Origin: Eledone cirrhosa
Lineage: Eukaryota
DNA: 64,000 nucleotides
Assembly: GCA_964016885.1 (NCBI GenBank)
Contig: OZ024746.1
Coordinates: forward strand, 52,762,001-52,826,000
Reading direction: 5' to 3'
The notes beneath the pieces are model-generated. The model was not told where the DNA came from, searched no databases, and saw nothing but the letters and a program-made list of their open reading frames with translations. Positions 41,807 to 54,170 of this stretch are shown here, one piece after another. Position 1 is the first letter of the stretch. Every line of letters begins with the position of its first letter. Both the position numbers and the translations under genes were made by a program.

Positions 41807-44800
41807 CTAGTTAGTGGTTGCTGTGATGGTAGTGTTGTTGTTATTATTGTAGTTAGAGCTTGTTGAGATGGTAGTGTTGTTGTTGTTATTGTAGTTAGTG
41901 GTTTCTGTGATGGTAGTGTTGTTGTTGTTATTGTAGTTAGTGGTTGCTGTGATGGTAGTGTTGTTGTTGTTGTTATTGTAGTTAGTGGTTTCTGTGATGG
42001 TAGTGTTGTTGTTGTTATTGTAGTTAGTGGTTGCTGAGATGGTAGTGTTGTTGTTGTTGTTATTGTAGTTAGTGGTTGCTGAGATGGTAGTGTTGTTGTT
42101 GTTGTTATTGTAGTTAGTGGTTGCTGTGATGGTAGTGTTGTTGTTGTTGTTATTGTAGTTAGTGGTTGCTGTGATGGTAGTGTTGTTGTTGTTGTTATTG
42201 TAGTTAGTGGTTGCTGTGATGGTAGTGTTGTCGTTGTTGTTATTGTAGTTAGTGGTTGCTGTGATGGTAGTGTTGTTGTTGTTGTTATTGTAGTTAGTGG
42301 TTTCTGTGATGGTAGTGTTGTTGTTGTTATTGTAGTTAGAGATTGCTGAGATGGTAGTGTTGTTGTTGTTAGTGGTTGCTGTGATGTTAGTGTTGTTGTT
42401 GTTATTGTAGTTAGTGGTTGTTGTGATGGTAATGTTGTTGTTGTTGTTATTGTAGTTAGTGGTTGTTGTGATGGTAGTGTTGTTGTTGTTGTTGTAGTTA
42501 GTGGTTGATGTGATGGTATTGTTGTTATTGTTATTGTAGTTAGTGGTTGTTGTGATGGTAGTGTTGTTGTTGTTGTTGTAGTTAGTGGTTGATGTGATTG
42601 TAGTGTTCTTGTGGTTATTGTAGTTAGTGGTTGTTGTGATGGTAATGTTGTTGTTGTTGTTGTAGTTAGTGGTTGATGTGATGGTAGTGTTGTTGTTGTT
42701 ATTGTAGTTAGTGGTTGTTGTGATGGTAGTGTTGTTGTTGTTGTTGTAGTTAGTGGTTGATGTGATGGTAGTGTTGTTAGTGTTATTGTAGTTAGTGGTT
42801 GCTGTGATGGTAGTGTTGTTGTTGTCGTTGTAGTTAGTAGTTGTTGTGATGGTAGTGTTGTTGTTATTGTTATTGTAGTTAGTGGTTGCTGAGATGGTAG
42901 TGTTGTTGTTGTTTTTATTGTAGTTAGTGGTTGCTGAGATGGTAGTGTTGTTGTTGTTGTTATCGTAGTTTGTGGTTTCTGTGATGGTAGTGTTGTTGTT
43001 GTTGTTATTGTAGTTAGTGGTTGCTGAGATGGTAGTGTTTTTTTTGTTGCTATTGTAGTTATTGGTTTCGGTGATGGTAGTGTTGTAGTTGTTGTTATTG
43101 TAGTTAGTGTTTGCTGATGTGGTAGTGTTGTTGTTGTTGTTATTGTAGTTAGTGGTTTCTGTGATGGTAGTGTTGTTGTTGTTGTTATTGTAGTTAGTGG
43201 TTGCTGAGATGGTTGTGTTTTTTTTGTTGCTATTGTAGTTAGTGGTTGCTGAGATGGTAGTGTTGTTGTTGTTGTTATTGTAGTTAGTGGTTGCTGTGAT
43301 TGTAGTGTTGTTGTTGTTATTGTAGTTAGTGGTTGCTGAGATGGTAGTGTTGTTGTTGTTGTTGTTATTGTAGTTAGTGGTTTCTGTGATGGTAGTGTTG
43401 TTGTTGTTGTTATTGTAGTTAGAGGTTGCTGAGATGGTAGTGTTGTTGTTGTTGTTATTGTAGTTAGTGGTTGCTGAGATGGTAGTGTTGTTGTTGTTGT
43501 TATTGTAGTTAGTTTTTTTCTGTGATGGTAGTGTTGTTGTTGTTTTTATTGTAGTTAGTGGTTGCTGAGATAATAGTGTTGTTGTTGTTGTTATTGTAGT
43601 TAGTGGTTGCTGAGATGATAGTGTTGTTGTTGTTGTTATTGTAGTTAGTGGTTGCTGAGATGGTAGTGTTGTTGTTATTGTAGTTAGTGGTTTTTGTGAT
43701 GGTAGTGTTTTTGTTGTTGTTATTGTAGTTAGTGGTTGCTGTGATGGTAGTGTTGTTGTTGTTATTGTAGTTAGTGGTTGCTGAGATGGTAGTGTTGTTG
43801 TTGTTGTTATTGTAGTTAGTGGTTGCAGAGATGGTAGTGTTGTTGTTGTTGTTGTTATTCTAGTTAGTGGTTGCTGTGATGGTAGTGTTGTTGTTGTTGT
43901 TATTGTAGTTAGTGGTTTTTGTGATGGTAGTGTTGTTGTTGTTGTTATTCTAGTTAGTGCTTGCTGTGATGGTAGTGTTATTGTTGTTGTTATTGTAGTT
44001 AGTGGTTTCTGTGATGGTAGTGTTGTTGTTGTTATTGTAGTTAGTGGTTGCTGAGATGGTAGTGCTGTTGTTGTTGTTGTTATTGTAGTTAGTGGTTGCT
44101 GAGATGGTAGTGTTGTCGTTGTTGTTATTGTAGTTAGTGGTTGCTGTGATGGTAGTGTTGTTGTTGTTTTTATTGTAGTTAGAGGTTGCTGAGATGGTAG
44201 TGTTGTCGTTGTTGTTATTGTAGTTAGTGGTTGCTGAGATGGTAGTGTTGTTGTTGTTGTTATTGTAGTTAGAGGTTGCTGAGATGGTAGTGTTGTTGTT
44301 GTTTTTCTAGTTAGTGGTTGCTGTGATGGTAGTGTTGTTGTTATTATTGTAGTTAGAGGTTGCTGAGATGGTAGTGTTGTTGTTGTTATTCTAGTTAGTG
44401 GTTGCTGTGATGGTAGTGTTGTTGTTGTTGTTATTGTAGTTAGTGGTTTCTGTGATGGTAGTGTTGTTGTTGTTGTTACTATAGTTAGTGGTTTCTGTGA
44501 TGGTAGTGTTGTTGTTGTTATTCTAGTTAGTGGTTGCTGTGATGGTAGTGTTGTTGTTATTATTGTAGTTAGAGCTTGCTGAGATGGTAGTGTTGTTGTT
44601 GTTATTGTAGTTAGTGGTTGCTGAGATGGTAGTGTTGTTGTTGTTGTTATTGTAGTTAGAGGTTGCTGTGATGGTAGTGTTGTTGTTGTTGTTATTGTAG
44701 TTAGTGGTTTCTGTGATGGTAGTGTTGTTGTTGTTGTTATTGTAGTTAGTGGTTGCTGAGATAATAGTGTTGTTGTTGTTGTTATGGTAGTTAGTGGTTG

Positions 44801-47800
44801 CTGAGATGGTAGTGTTGTTGTTGTTGTTATTGTAGTTAGTGGTTGCTGTGATGGTAGTGTTGTTGTTGTTGTTATTGTAGTTAGTGGTTTTTGTGATGGT
44901 AGTGTTGTTGTTGTTGTTATTGTAGTTAGTGGTTGCTGAGATGGTAGTGTTGTTGTTGTTGTTATTGTAGTTAGTGGTTTTTGTGATGGTAGTGTTGTTG
45001 TTGTTGTTATTGTAGTTAGTGGTTGCTGTGATGGTAGTGTTGTTGTTGTTATTGTAGTTAGTGGTTGCTGAGATGGTAGTGTTGTTGTTGTTGTTATTGT
45101 AGTTAGTGGTTTTTGTGATGGTAGTGTTGTTGTTGTTGTTATTGTAGTTAGTGGTTGCTGTGATGGTAGTGTTGTTGTTTTTATTGTAGTTAGTGGTTGC
45201 TGAGATGGTAGTGTTGTTGTTGTTATTGTAGTTAGTGGTTGCTGAGATGGTAGTGTTGTTGTTGTTATTGTAGTTAGTGGTTGCTGAGATGGTAGTGTTG
45301 TTGTTGTTGTTATTGTAGTTAGAGGTTGCTGTGATGGTAGTGTTGTTGTTGTTGTTATTGTAGTCAGTGATTGCTGAGATAATAGTGTTGTTGTTGTTGT
45401 TATTGTAGTTAGTGGTTGCTGAGATGGTAGTGTTGTTGTTGTTATTGTAGTTAGTGGTTGCTGAGATGGTAGTGTTGTTGTTGTTGTTATTGTAGTTAGA
45501 GGTTGCTGTGATGGTAGTGTTGTTGTTGTTGTTATTGTAGTCAGTGATTGCTGAGATAATAGTGTTGTTGTTGTTGTTATTGTAGTTAGTGGTTGCTGAG
45601 ATGGTAGTGTTGTTGTTGTTATTGTAGTTAGTGGTTGTTGAGATGGTAGTGTTGTTGTTGTTGTTATTGTAGTTAGTGGTTGCTGTGATGGTAGTGTTGT
45701 TGTTGTTATTGTAGTTAGTGGTTGCTGAGATGGTAGTGTTGTTGTTGTTGTTATTGTAGTTAGAGGTTGCTGTGATGGTAGTGTTGTTGTTGTTGTTATT
45801 GTAGTCAGTGGTTGCTGAGATAATAGTGTTGTTGTTGTTGTTATTGTAGTTAGTGGTTGCTGAGATGGTAGTGTTGTTGTTGTTATTGTAGTTAGTGGTT
45901 GTTGAGATGGTAGTGTTGTTGTTGTTGTTATTGTAGTTAGTGGTTTCTGTGATGGTAGTGTTGTTGTTGTTGTTGTTGTAGTTAGTGGTTGCTGAGATAA
46001 TAGTGTTGTTGTTGTTGTTATTGTAGTTAGTGGTTGCTGAGATGGTAGTGTTGTTGTTGGTGTTATCGTAGTTAGTGGTTGCTGAGATGGTAGTGTTGTT
46101 GTTGTTGTTATTGTAGTTAGTGGTTGCTGAGATAATAGTGTTGTTGTTGTTGTTATTGTAGTTAGTGGTTGCTGAGATGGTAGTGTTGTTGTTGTTGTTA
46201 TTGTAGTTAGTGGTTGCTGAGATGGTAGTGTTGTTGTTGTTGTTATTGTAGTTAGTGGTTTCTGTGATGGTAGTGTTGTTGTTGTTGTTATTGTAGTTAG
46301 TGGTTGCTGTGATGGTAGTGTTGTTGTTGTTATTGTAGTTAGTGGTTGCTGAGATGGTAGTCTTGTTGTTGTTGTTATTGTAGTTAGTGGTTGCTGAGAT
46401 GGTAGTGTTGTTGTTGCTGTTATTGTAGTTAGTGGTTTCTGTGATGGTAGTGTTGTTGTTGTTGTTATTGTAGTTAGTGGTTGCTGTGATGGTAGTGTTG
46501 TTGTTGTTATTGTAGTTAGTGGTTGCTGAGATGGTAGTCTTGTTGTTGTTGTTATTGTAGTTAGTGGTTGCTGAGATGGTAGTGTTGTTGTTGCTGTTAT
46601 TGTAGTTAGTGGTTTCTGTGATGGTAGTGTTGTTGTTGTTGTTATTCTAGTTAGTGGTTGCTGAGATAATAGTGTTGTTGTTGTTGTTATTGTAGTTAGT
46701 GGTTGCTGAGATGGTAGTGTTGTTGTTGTTGTTATTGTAGTTAGTGGTTGCTGAGATGGTAGTGTTGTTGTTGTTGTTATTGTAGTTAGTGGTTTCTGTG
46801 ATGGTAGTGTTGTTGTTGTTGTTATTGTAGTTAGTGGTTGCTGTGATGGTAGTGTTGTTGTTGTTATTGTAGTTAGTGGTTGCTGAGATGGTAGTCTTGT
46901 TGTTGTTGTTATTGTAGTTAGTGGTTGCTGAGATGGTAGTGTTGTTGTTGCTGTTATTGTAGTTAGTGGTTTCTGTGATGGTAGTGTTGTTGTTGTTGTT
47001 ATTGTAGTTAGTGGTTGCTGTGATGGTAGTGTTGTTGTTGTTATTCTAGTTAGTGGTTGCTGTGATGGTAGTGTTGTTGTTGTTGTTATTGTAGTTAGTG
47101 GTTTCTGTGATGGTAGTGTTGTTGTTGTTGTTACTATAGTTAGTGGTTTCTGTGATGGTAGTGTTGTTGTTGTTATTATTGTAGTTAGAGGTTGCTGAGA
47201 TGGTAGTGTTGTTGTTGTTATTATTGTAGTTAGAGGTTGCTGAGATGGTAGTGTTGTTGTTGTTATTCTAGTTAGTGGTTGCTGTGATGGTAGTGTTGTT
47301 GTTGTTGTTATTGTAGTTAGTGGTTTCTGTGATGGTAGTGTTGTTGTTGTTGTTACTATAGTTAGTGGTTTCTGTGATGGTAGTGTTGTTGTTGTTATTC
47401 TAGTTAGTGGTTGCTGTGATGGTAGTGTTGTTGTTGTTACTATAGTTAGTGGTTTCTGTGATGGTAGTGTTGTTGTTGTTACTATAGTTAGTGGTTTCTG
47501 TGATGGTAGTGTTGTTGTTGTTATTGTAGTTAGAGCTTGCTGAGATGGTAGTGTTGTTGTTGTTATTGTAGTTAGTGGTTGCTGAGATGGTAGTGTTGTT
47601 GTTGTTGTTATTGTAGTTAGAGGTTGCTGTGATGGTAGTGTTGTTGTTGTTGTTATTGTAGTTAGTGGTTTCTGTGATGGTAGTGTTGTTGTTGTTGTTA
47701 TTGTAGTTAGTGGTTGCTGAGATAATAGTGTTGTTGTTGTTGTTATTGTAGTTAGTGGTTGCTGAGATGGTAGTGTTGTTGTTGTTGTTATTGTAGTTAG

Positions 47801-49135
47801 TGGTTGCTGAGATGGTAGTGTTGTTGTTGTTGTTATTGTAGTTTGTGGTTTTTGTGATGGTAGTGTTGTTGTTGTTGTTATTGTAGTTAGTGGTTGCTGA
47901 GATGGTAGTGTTGTTGTTGTTGTTATTGTAGTTAGTGGTTTTTGTGATGGTAGTGTTGTTGTTGTTGTTATTGTAGTTAGTGGTTGCTGTGATGGTAGTG
48001 TTGTTGTTGTTATTGTAGTTAGTGGTTGCTGAGATGGTAGTGTTGTTGTTGTTGTTATTGTAGTTAGTGGTTTTTGTGATGGTAGTGTTGTTGTTGTTGT
48101 TATTGTAGTTAGTGGTTGCTGTGATGGTAGTGTTGTTGTTGTTATTGTAGTTAGTGGTTGCTGAGATGGTAGTGTTGTTGTTGTTGTTATTGTAGTTAGA
48201 GGTTGCTGTGATGGTAGTGTTGTTGTTGTTGTTATTGTAGTCAGTGGTTGCTGAGATAATAGTGTTGTTGTTGTTGTTATTGTAGTTAGTGGTTGCTGAG
48301 ATGGTAGTGTTGTTGTTGTTATTGTAGTTAGTGGTTGTTGAGATGGTAGTGTTGTTGTTGTTGTTATTGTAGTTAGTGGTTTCTGTGATGGTAGTGTTGT
48401 TGTTGTTGTTGTTATTGTAGTTAGTGGTTGCTGAGATAATAGTGTTGTTGTTGTTGTTATTGTAGTTAGTGGTTGCTGAGATGGTAGTGTTGTTGTTGTT
48501 GTTATCGTAGTTAGTGGTTGCTGAGATGGTAGTGTTGTTGTTGTTATTGTAGTTAGTGGTTGCTGAGATAATAGTGTTGTTGTTGTTGTTATTGTAGTTA
48601 GTGGTTGCTGAGATGGTAGTGTTGTTGTTGTTGTTATTGTAGTTAGTGGTTGCTGAGATGGTAGTGTTGTTGTTGTTGTTATTGTAGTTAGTGGTTTCTG
48701 TGATGGTAGTGTTGTTGTTGTTGTTATTGTAGTTAGTGGTTGCTGTGATGGTAGTGTTGTTGTTGTTATTGTAGTTAGTGGTTGCTGAGATGGTAGTCTT
48801 GTTGTTGTTGTTATTGTAGTTAGTGGTTGCTGAGATGGTAGTGTTGTTGTTGCTGTTATTGTAGTTAGTGGTTTCTGTGATGGTAGTGTTGTTGTTGTTG
48901 TTATTGTAGTTAGTGGTTGCTGTGATGGTAGTGTTGTTGTTGTTGTTATTGTAGTTAGTGGTTTCTGTGATGGTAGTGTTGTTGTTGTTATTGTAGTTAG
49001 TGGTTGCTGAGATGGTAGTGTTGTTGTTGTGGTTATTGTAGTTAGTGGTTGCTGAGATGGTAGTGTTGTTGTTGTTATTGTAGCTAGTGGTTGCTGTGAT
49101 GGTAGTGTTGTTGTTGTTATTGTAGTTAGTGGTTG
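41807..49135 (-). other. Longest stop-free frame noted (2443 codons including the stop, no ATG): Thr-rich mucin-like repeat switching to an Asn-rich repeat at ~43515; coding status unproven
   Basis: Bounded by TAG at 49138-49136 (GCTATG allele) and TAG at 41809-41807 (ATTCTAG allele). The length of 7329 bp is divisible by 3. It translates as (TTITTTTTLPSQQPL)n, then (TTISATTNYNNNNNN)n after the +1 AG(T)7C allele at 43511. Checked by eye only. Confidence 0.3.
42340..43230. repeat. Diverged monomer block (copy 1 of 4)
   Basis: Dense cluster of variants largely absent upstream: AGAGATTGC, GGTTGATGTG, GTTCTTGTGG (C at 42608), GTAGTTTGTGG, TTTCGGTG and GCTGATGTGG. It also includes a shortened monomer at ~42342-42383. 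Confidence 0.85.
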
Positions 49136-52100
49136 CTATGATGGTAGTGATGTTGTTGTTATTGTAGCTAGTGGTTGCTGTGTTGGTAGTGTTGTTGTTG
49201 TTACTGTAGTTAGTGGTTGCTATGCTGGTAGTGTTGTTGTTGTTATTGTAGCTAGTGGTTGCTGTGATGGTAGTGTTTTTGTTGTTATTGTAGTTAGTGG
49301 TTGCTATGATGGTAGTGTTGTTGTTGTTATTGTAGTAAGAGGTTGCTATGATGGTAGTGTTGTTGTTGTTATTGTAGTTAGTGGTTGCTATGATGGTAGT
49401 GTTGTTGTTGTTATTGTAGCTAGTGGTTGCTGAGATGGTAGTGTTGTTGTTGTTGTTATTGTTGTTAGTGGTTGCTGAAATGGTAGTGTTGTTGTTGTTG
49501 TTATTGTAGTTAGTGGTTGCTGTGATGGTAGTGTTGTTGTTGTTATTGTAGTTAGAGGTTGCTGAGATGGTAGTGTTGTTGTTGTTATTGTAGTTAGTGG
49601 TTGCTGTGATGGTAGTGTTGTTGTTGTTATTGTAGTTAGTGTTTGCTGAGATGGTAGTGTTGTTGTTGTTTTTATTATAGTTAGTGTTTGCTGAGATGGT
49701 AGTGTTGTTGTTGTTTTTATTGTAGTTAGTGGTTGCTGAGATGGTAGTGTTGTTGTTGTTGTTATTGTAGTTAGTGGTTTCTGTGATGGTAGTGTTGTTG
49801 TTGTTGTTATTGTAGTTAGAGGTTGCTGAGATGGTAGTGTTGTTGTTGTTGTTATTGTAGTTAGTGGTTTCTGTGATGGTAGTGTTGTTGTTGTTATTGT
49901 AGTTAGTGGTTGCTGAGATGGTAGTGTTGTTGTTGTTGTTATTGTAGTTAGACGTTGCTGTGATGGTAGTGTTGTTGTTGTTGTTATTGTAGTTAGTGGT
50001 TTCTGTGATGGTAGTGTTGTTGTTGTTATTGTAGTTAGTGGTTGCTGAGATAATAGTGTTGTTGTTGTTGTTATTGTAGTTAGTGGTTGCTGAGATGATA
50101 GTGTTGTTGTTGTTGTTATTGTAGTTATTGTTTGCTGAGATGGTAGTGTTGTTGTTGTTGTTATTGTAGTTAGTGGTTTCTGTGATGGTAGTGTTGTTGT
50201 TGTTGTTATTGTAGTTAGTGGTTGCTGTGATGGTAGTGTTGTTGTTGTTATTGTAGTTAGTGGTTGCTGAGATGGTAGTGTTGTTGTTGTTGTTATAGGT
50301 AGTTAGTGGCTGCTGAGATGGTAGTGTTGTTGTTGTTGTTATTGTAGTTAGTGGTTTCTGTGATGGTAGTGTTGTTGTTGTTGTTATTGTAGTTAAAGGT
50401 TGCTGTGATGGTAGTGTTGTTGTTGTTATTCTAGTTAGTGGTTGCTGTGATGGTAGTGTTGTTGTTGTTGTTATTGTAGTCAGTGGTTTCTGTGATGGTA
50501 GTGTTGTTGTTGTTATTGTAGTTAGTGGTTGCTGAGATGGTAGTGTTGTTGTTGTTGTTATTGGTGTTAGTGGTTGCTGAGATGGTAGTGTTGTTGTTGT
50601 TGTTATTGTAGTTAGAGTTTGCTGAGATGGTAGTATTGTTGTTGTTGTTATTGTAGTCAGTGGTTGCTGAGATGGTAGTGTTGTTGTTGTTGTTATTGTA
50701 GTTAGAGCTTGCTGAGATGGTAGTGTTGTTGTTGTTATTGTAGTTAGTGGTTTCTGTGATGGTAGTGTTGTTGTTGTTATTGTAGTTAGTGGTTGCTGAG
50801 ATGGTAGTGTTGTTGTTGTTGTTATTGTAGTTAGAGCTTGCTGAGATGGTAGTGTTGTTGTTGTTATTGTAGTTAGTGGTTTCTGTGATGGTAGTGTTGT
50901 TGTTGTTATTGTAGTCAGTGGTTGCTGTGATGGTAGTGTTGTTGTTGTTGTTATTGTAGTTAGAGCTTGCTGAGATGGTAGTGTTGTTGTTGTTATTGTA
51001 GTTAGTGGTTTCTGTGATGGTAGTGTTGTTGTTGTTATTGTAGTTAGTGGTTGCTGAGATGGTAGTGTTGTTGTTGTTGTTATTGTAGTTAGTGGTTGCT
51101 GTGATGGTAGTGTTGTTGTTGTTATTGTAGTTAGTGGTTGCTGAGATGGTAGTGTTGTTGTTGTTGTTATTGTAGTTAGTGGTTTTTGTGATGGTAGTGT
51201 TGTTGTTGTTGTTATTGTAGTTAGTGGTTGCTGTGATGGTAGTGTTGTTGTTGTTATTGTAGTTAGTGGTTGCTGAGATGGTAGTGTTGTTGTTGTTGTT
51301 ATTGTAGTTAGAGGTTGCTGTGATGGTAGTGTTGTTGTTGTTGTTATTGTAGTCAGTGGTTGCTGAGATAATAGTGTTGTTGTTGTTGTTATTGTAGTTA
51401 GTGGTTGCTGAGATGGTAGTGTTGTTGTTGTTATTGTAGTTAGTGGTTGTTGAGATGGTAGTGTTGTTGTTGTTGTTATTGTAGTTAGTGGTTTCTGTGA
51501 TGGTAGTGTTGTTGTTGTTGTTGTTATTGTAGTTAGTGGTTGCTGAGATAATAGTGTTGTTGTTGTTGTTATTGTAGTTAGTGGTTGCTGAGATGGTAGT
51601 GTTGTTGTTGTTGTTATCGTAGTTAGTGGTTGCTGAGATGGTAGTGTTGTTGTTGTTATTGTAGTTAGTGGTTGCTGAGATAATAGTGTTGTTGTTGTTG
51701 TTATTGTAGTTAGTGGTTGCTGAGATGGTAGTGTTGTTGTTGTTGTTATTGTAGTTAGTGGTTGCTGAGATGGTAGTGTTGTTGTTGTTGTTATTGTAGT
51801 TAGTGGTTTCTGTGATGGTAGTGTTGTTGTTGTTGTTATTGTAGTTAGTGGTTGCTGTGATGGTAGTGTTGTTGTTGTTATTGTAGTTAGTGGTTGCTGA
51901 GATGGTAGTCTTGTTGTTGTTGTTATTGTAGTTAGTGGTTGCTGAGATGGTAGTGTTGTTGTTGCTGTTATTGTAGTTAGTGGTTTCTGTGATGGTAGTG
52001 TTGTTGTTGTTGTTATTGTAGTTAGTGGTTGCTGTGATGGTAGTGTTGTTGTTGTTGTTATTGTAGTTAGTGGTTTCTGTGATGGTAGTGTTGTTGTTGT

Positions 52101-54170
52101 TATTGTAGTTAGTGGTTGCTGAGATGGTAGTGTTGTTGTTGTGGTTATTGTAGTTAGTGGTTGCTGAGATGGTAGTGTTGTTGTTGTTATTGTAGCTAGT
52201 GGTTGCTGTGATGGTAGTGTTGTTGTTGTTATTGTAGTTAGTGGTTGCTATGATGGTAGTGATGTTGTTGTTATTGTAGCTAGTGGTTGCTGTGTTGGTA
52301 GTGTTGTTGTTGTTACTGTAGTTAGTGGTTGCTATGCTGGTAGTGTTGTTGTTGTTATTGTAGCTAGTGGTTGCTGTGATGGTAGTGTTTTTGTTGTTAT
52401 TGTAGTTAGTGGTTGCTATGATGGTAGTGTTGTTGTTGTTATTGTAGTAAGAGGTTGCTATGATGGTAGTGTTGTTGTTGTTATTGTAGTTAGTGGTTGC
52501 TATGATGGTAGTGTTGTTGTTGTTATTGTAGCTAGTGGTTGCTGAGATGGTAGTGTTGTTGTTGTTGTTATTGTTGTTAGTGGTTGCTGAAATGGTAGTG
52601 TTGTTGTTGTTGTTATTGTAGTTAGTGGTTGCTGTGATGGTAGTGTTGTTGTTGTTATTGTAGTTAGAGGTTGCTGAGATGGTAGTGTTGTTGTTGTTAT
52701 TGTAGTTAGTGGTTGCTGTGATGGTAGTGTTGTTGTTGTTATTGTAGTTAGTGTTTGCTGAGATGGTAGTGTTGTTGTTGTTTTTATTATAGTTAGTGTT
52801 TGCTGAGATGGTAGTGTTGTTGTTGTTTTTATTGTAGTTAGTGGTTGCTGAGATGGTAGTGTTGTTGTTGTTGTTATTGTAGTTAGTGGTTTCTGTGATG
52901 GTAGTGTTGTTGTTGTTGTTATTGTAGTTAGAGGTTGCTGAGATGGTAGTGTTGTTGTTGTTGTTATTGTAGTTAGTGGTTTCTGTGATGGTAGTGTTGT
53001 TGTTGTTATTGTAGTTAGTGGTTGCTGAGATGGTAGTGTTGTTGTTGTTGTTATTGTAGTTAGACGTTGCTGTGATGGTAGTGTTGTTGTTGTTGTTATT
53101 GTAGTTAGTGGTTTCTGTGATGGTAGTGTTGTTGTTGTTATTGTAGTTAGTGGTTGCTGAGATAATAGTGTTGTTGTTGTTGTTATTGTAGTTAGTGGTT
53201 GCTGAGATGATAGTGTTGTTGTTGTTGTTATTGTAGTTATTGTTTGCTGAGATGGTAGTGTTGTTGTTGTTGTTATTGTAGTTAGTGGTTTCTGTGATGG
53301 TAGTGTTGTTGTTGTTGTTATTGTAGTTAGTGGTTGCTGTGATGGTAGTGTTGTTGTTGTTATTGTAGTTAGTGGTTGCTGAGATGGTAGTGTTGTTGTT
53401 GTTGTTATAGGTAGTTAGTGGCTGCTGAGATGGTAGTGTTGTTGTTGTTGTTATTGTAGTTAGTGGTTTCTGTGATGGTAGTGTTGTTGTTGTTGTTATT
53501 GTAGTTAAAGGTTGCTGTGATGGTAGTGTTGTTGTTGTTATTCTAGTTAGTGGTTGCTGTGATGGTAGTGTTGTTGTTGTTGTTATTGTAGTCAGTGGTT
53601 TCTGTGATGGTAGTGTTGTTGTTGTTATTGTAGTTAGTGGTTGCTGAGATGGTAGTGTTGTTGTTGTTGTTATTGGTGTTAGTGGTTGCTGAGATGGTAG
53701 TGTTGTTGTTGTTGTTATTGTAGTTAGAGTTTGCTGAGATGGTAGTATTGTTGTTGTTGTTATTGTAGTCAGTGGTTGCTGAGATGGTAGTGTTGTTGTT
53801 GTTGTTATTGTAGTTAGAGCTTGCTGAGATGGTAGTGTTGTTGTTGTTATTGTAGTTAGTGGTTTCTGTGATGGTAGTGTTGTTGTTGTTATTGTAGTTA
53901 GTGGTTGCTGAGATGGTAGTGTTGTTGTTGTTGTTATTGTAGTTAGAGCTTGCTGAGATGGTAGTGTTGTTGTTGTTATTGTAGTTAGTGGTTTCTGTGA
54001 TGGTAGTGTTGTTGTTGTTATTGTAGTCAGTGGTTGCTGTGATGGTAGTGTTGTTGTTGTTGTTATTGTAGTTAGAGCTTGCTGAGATGGTAGTGTTGTT
54101 GTTGTTATTGTAGTTAGTGGTTTCTGTGATGGTAGTGTTGTTGTTGTTATTGTAGTTAGTGGTTGCTGAG
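47950..54170. repeat. Near-exact 3112-bp tandem duplication
   Basis: GTAAGAGG at 49337/52449, AGACGTT at 49953/53065 and ATAGGTAG at 50295/53407 all share a 3112-bp offset. Confidence 0.9.
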
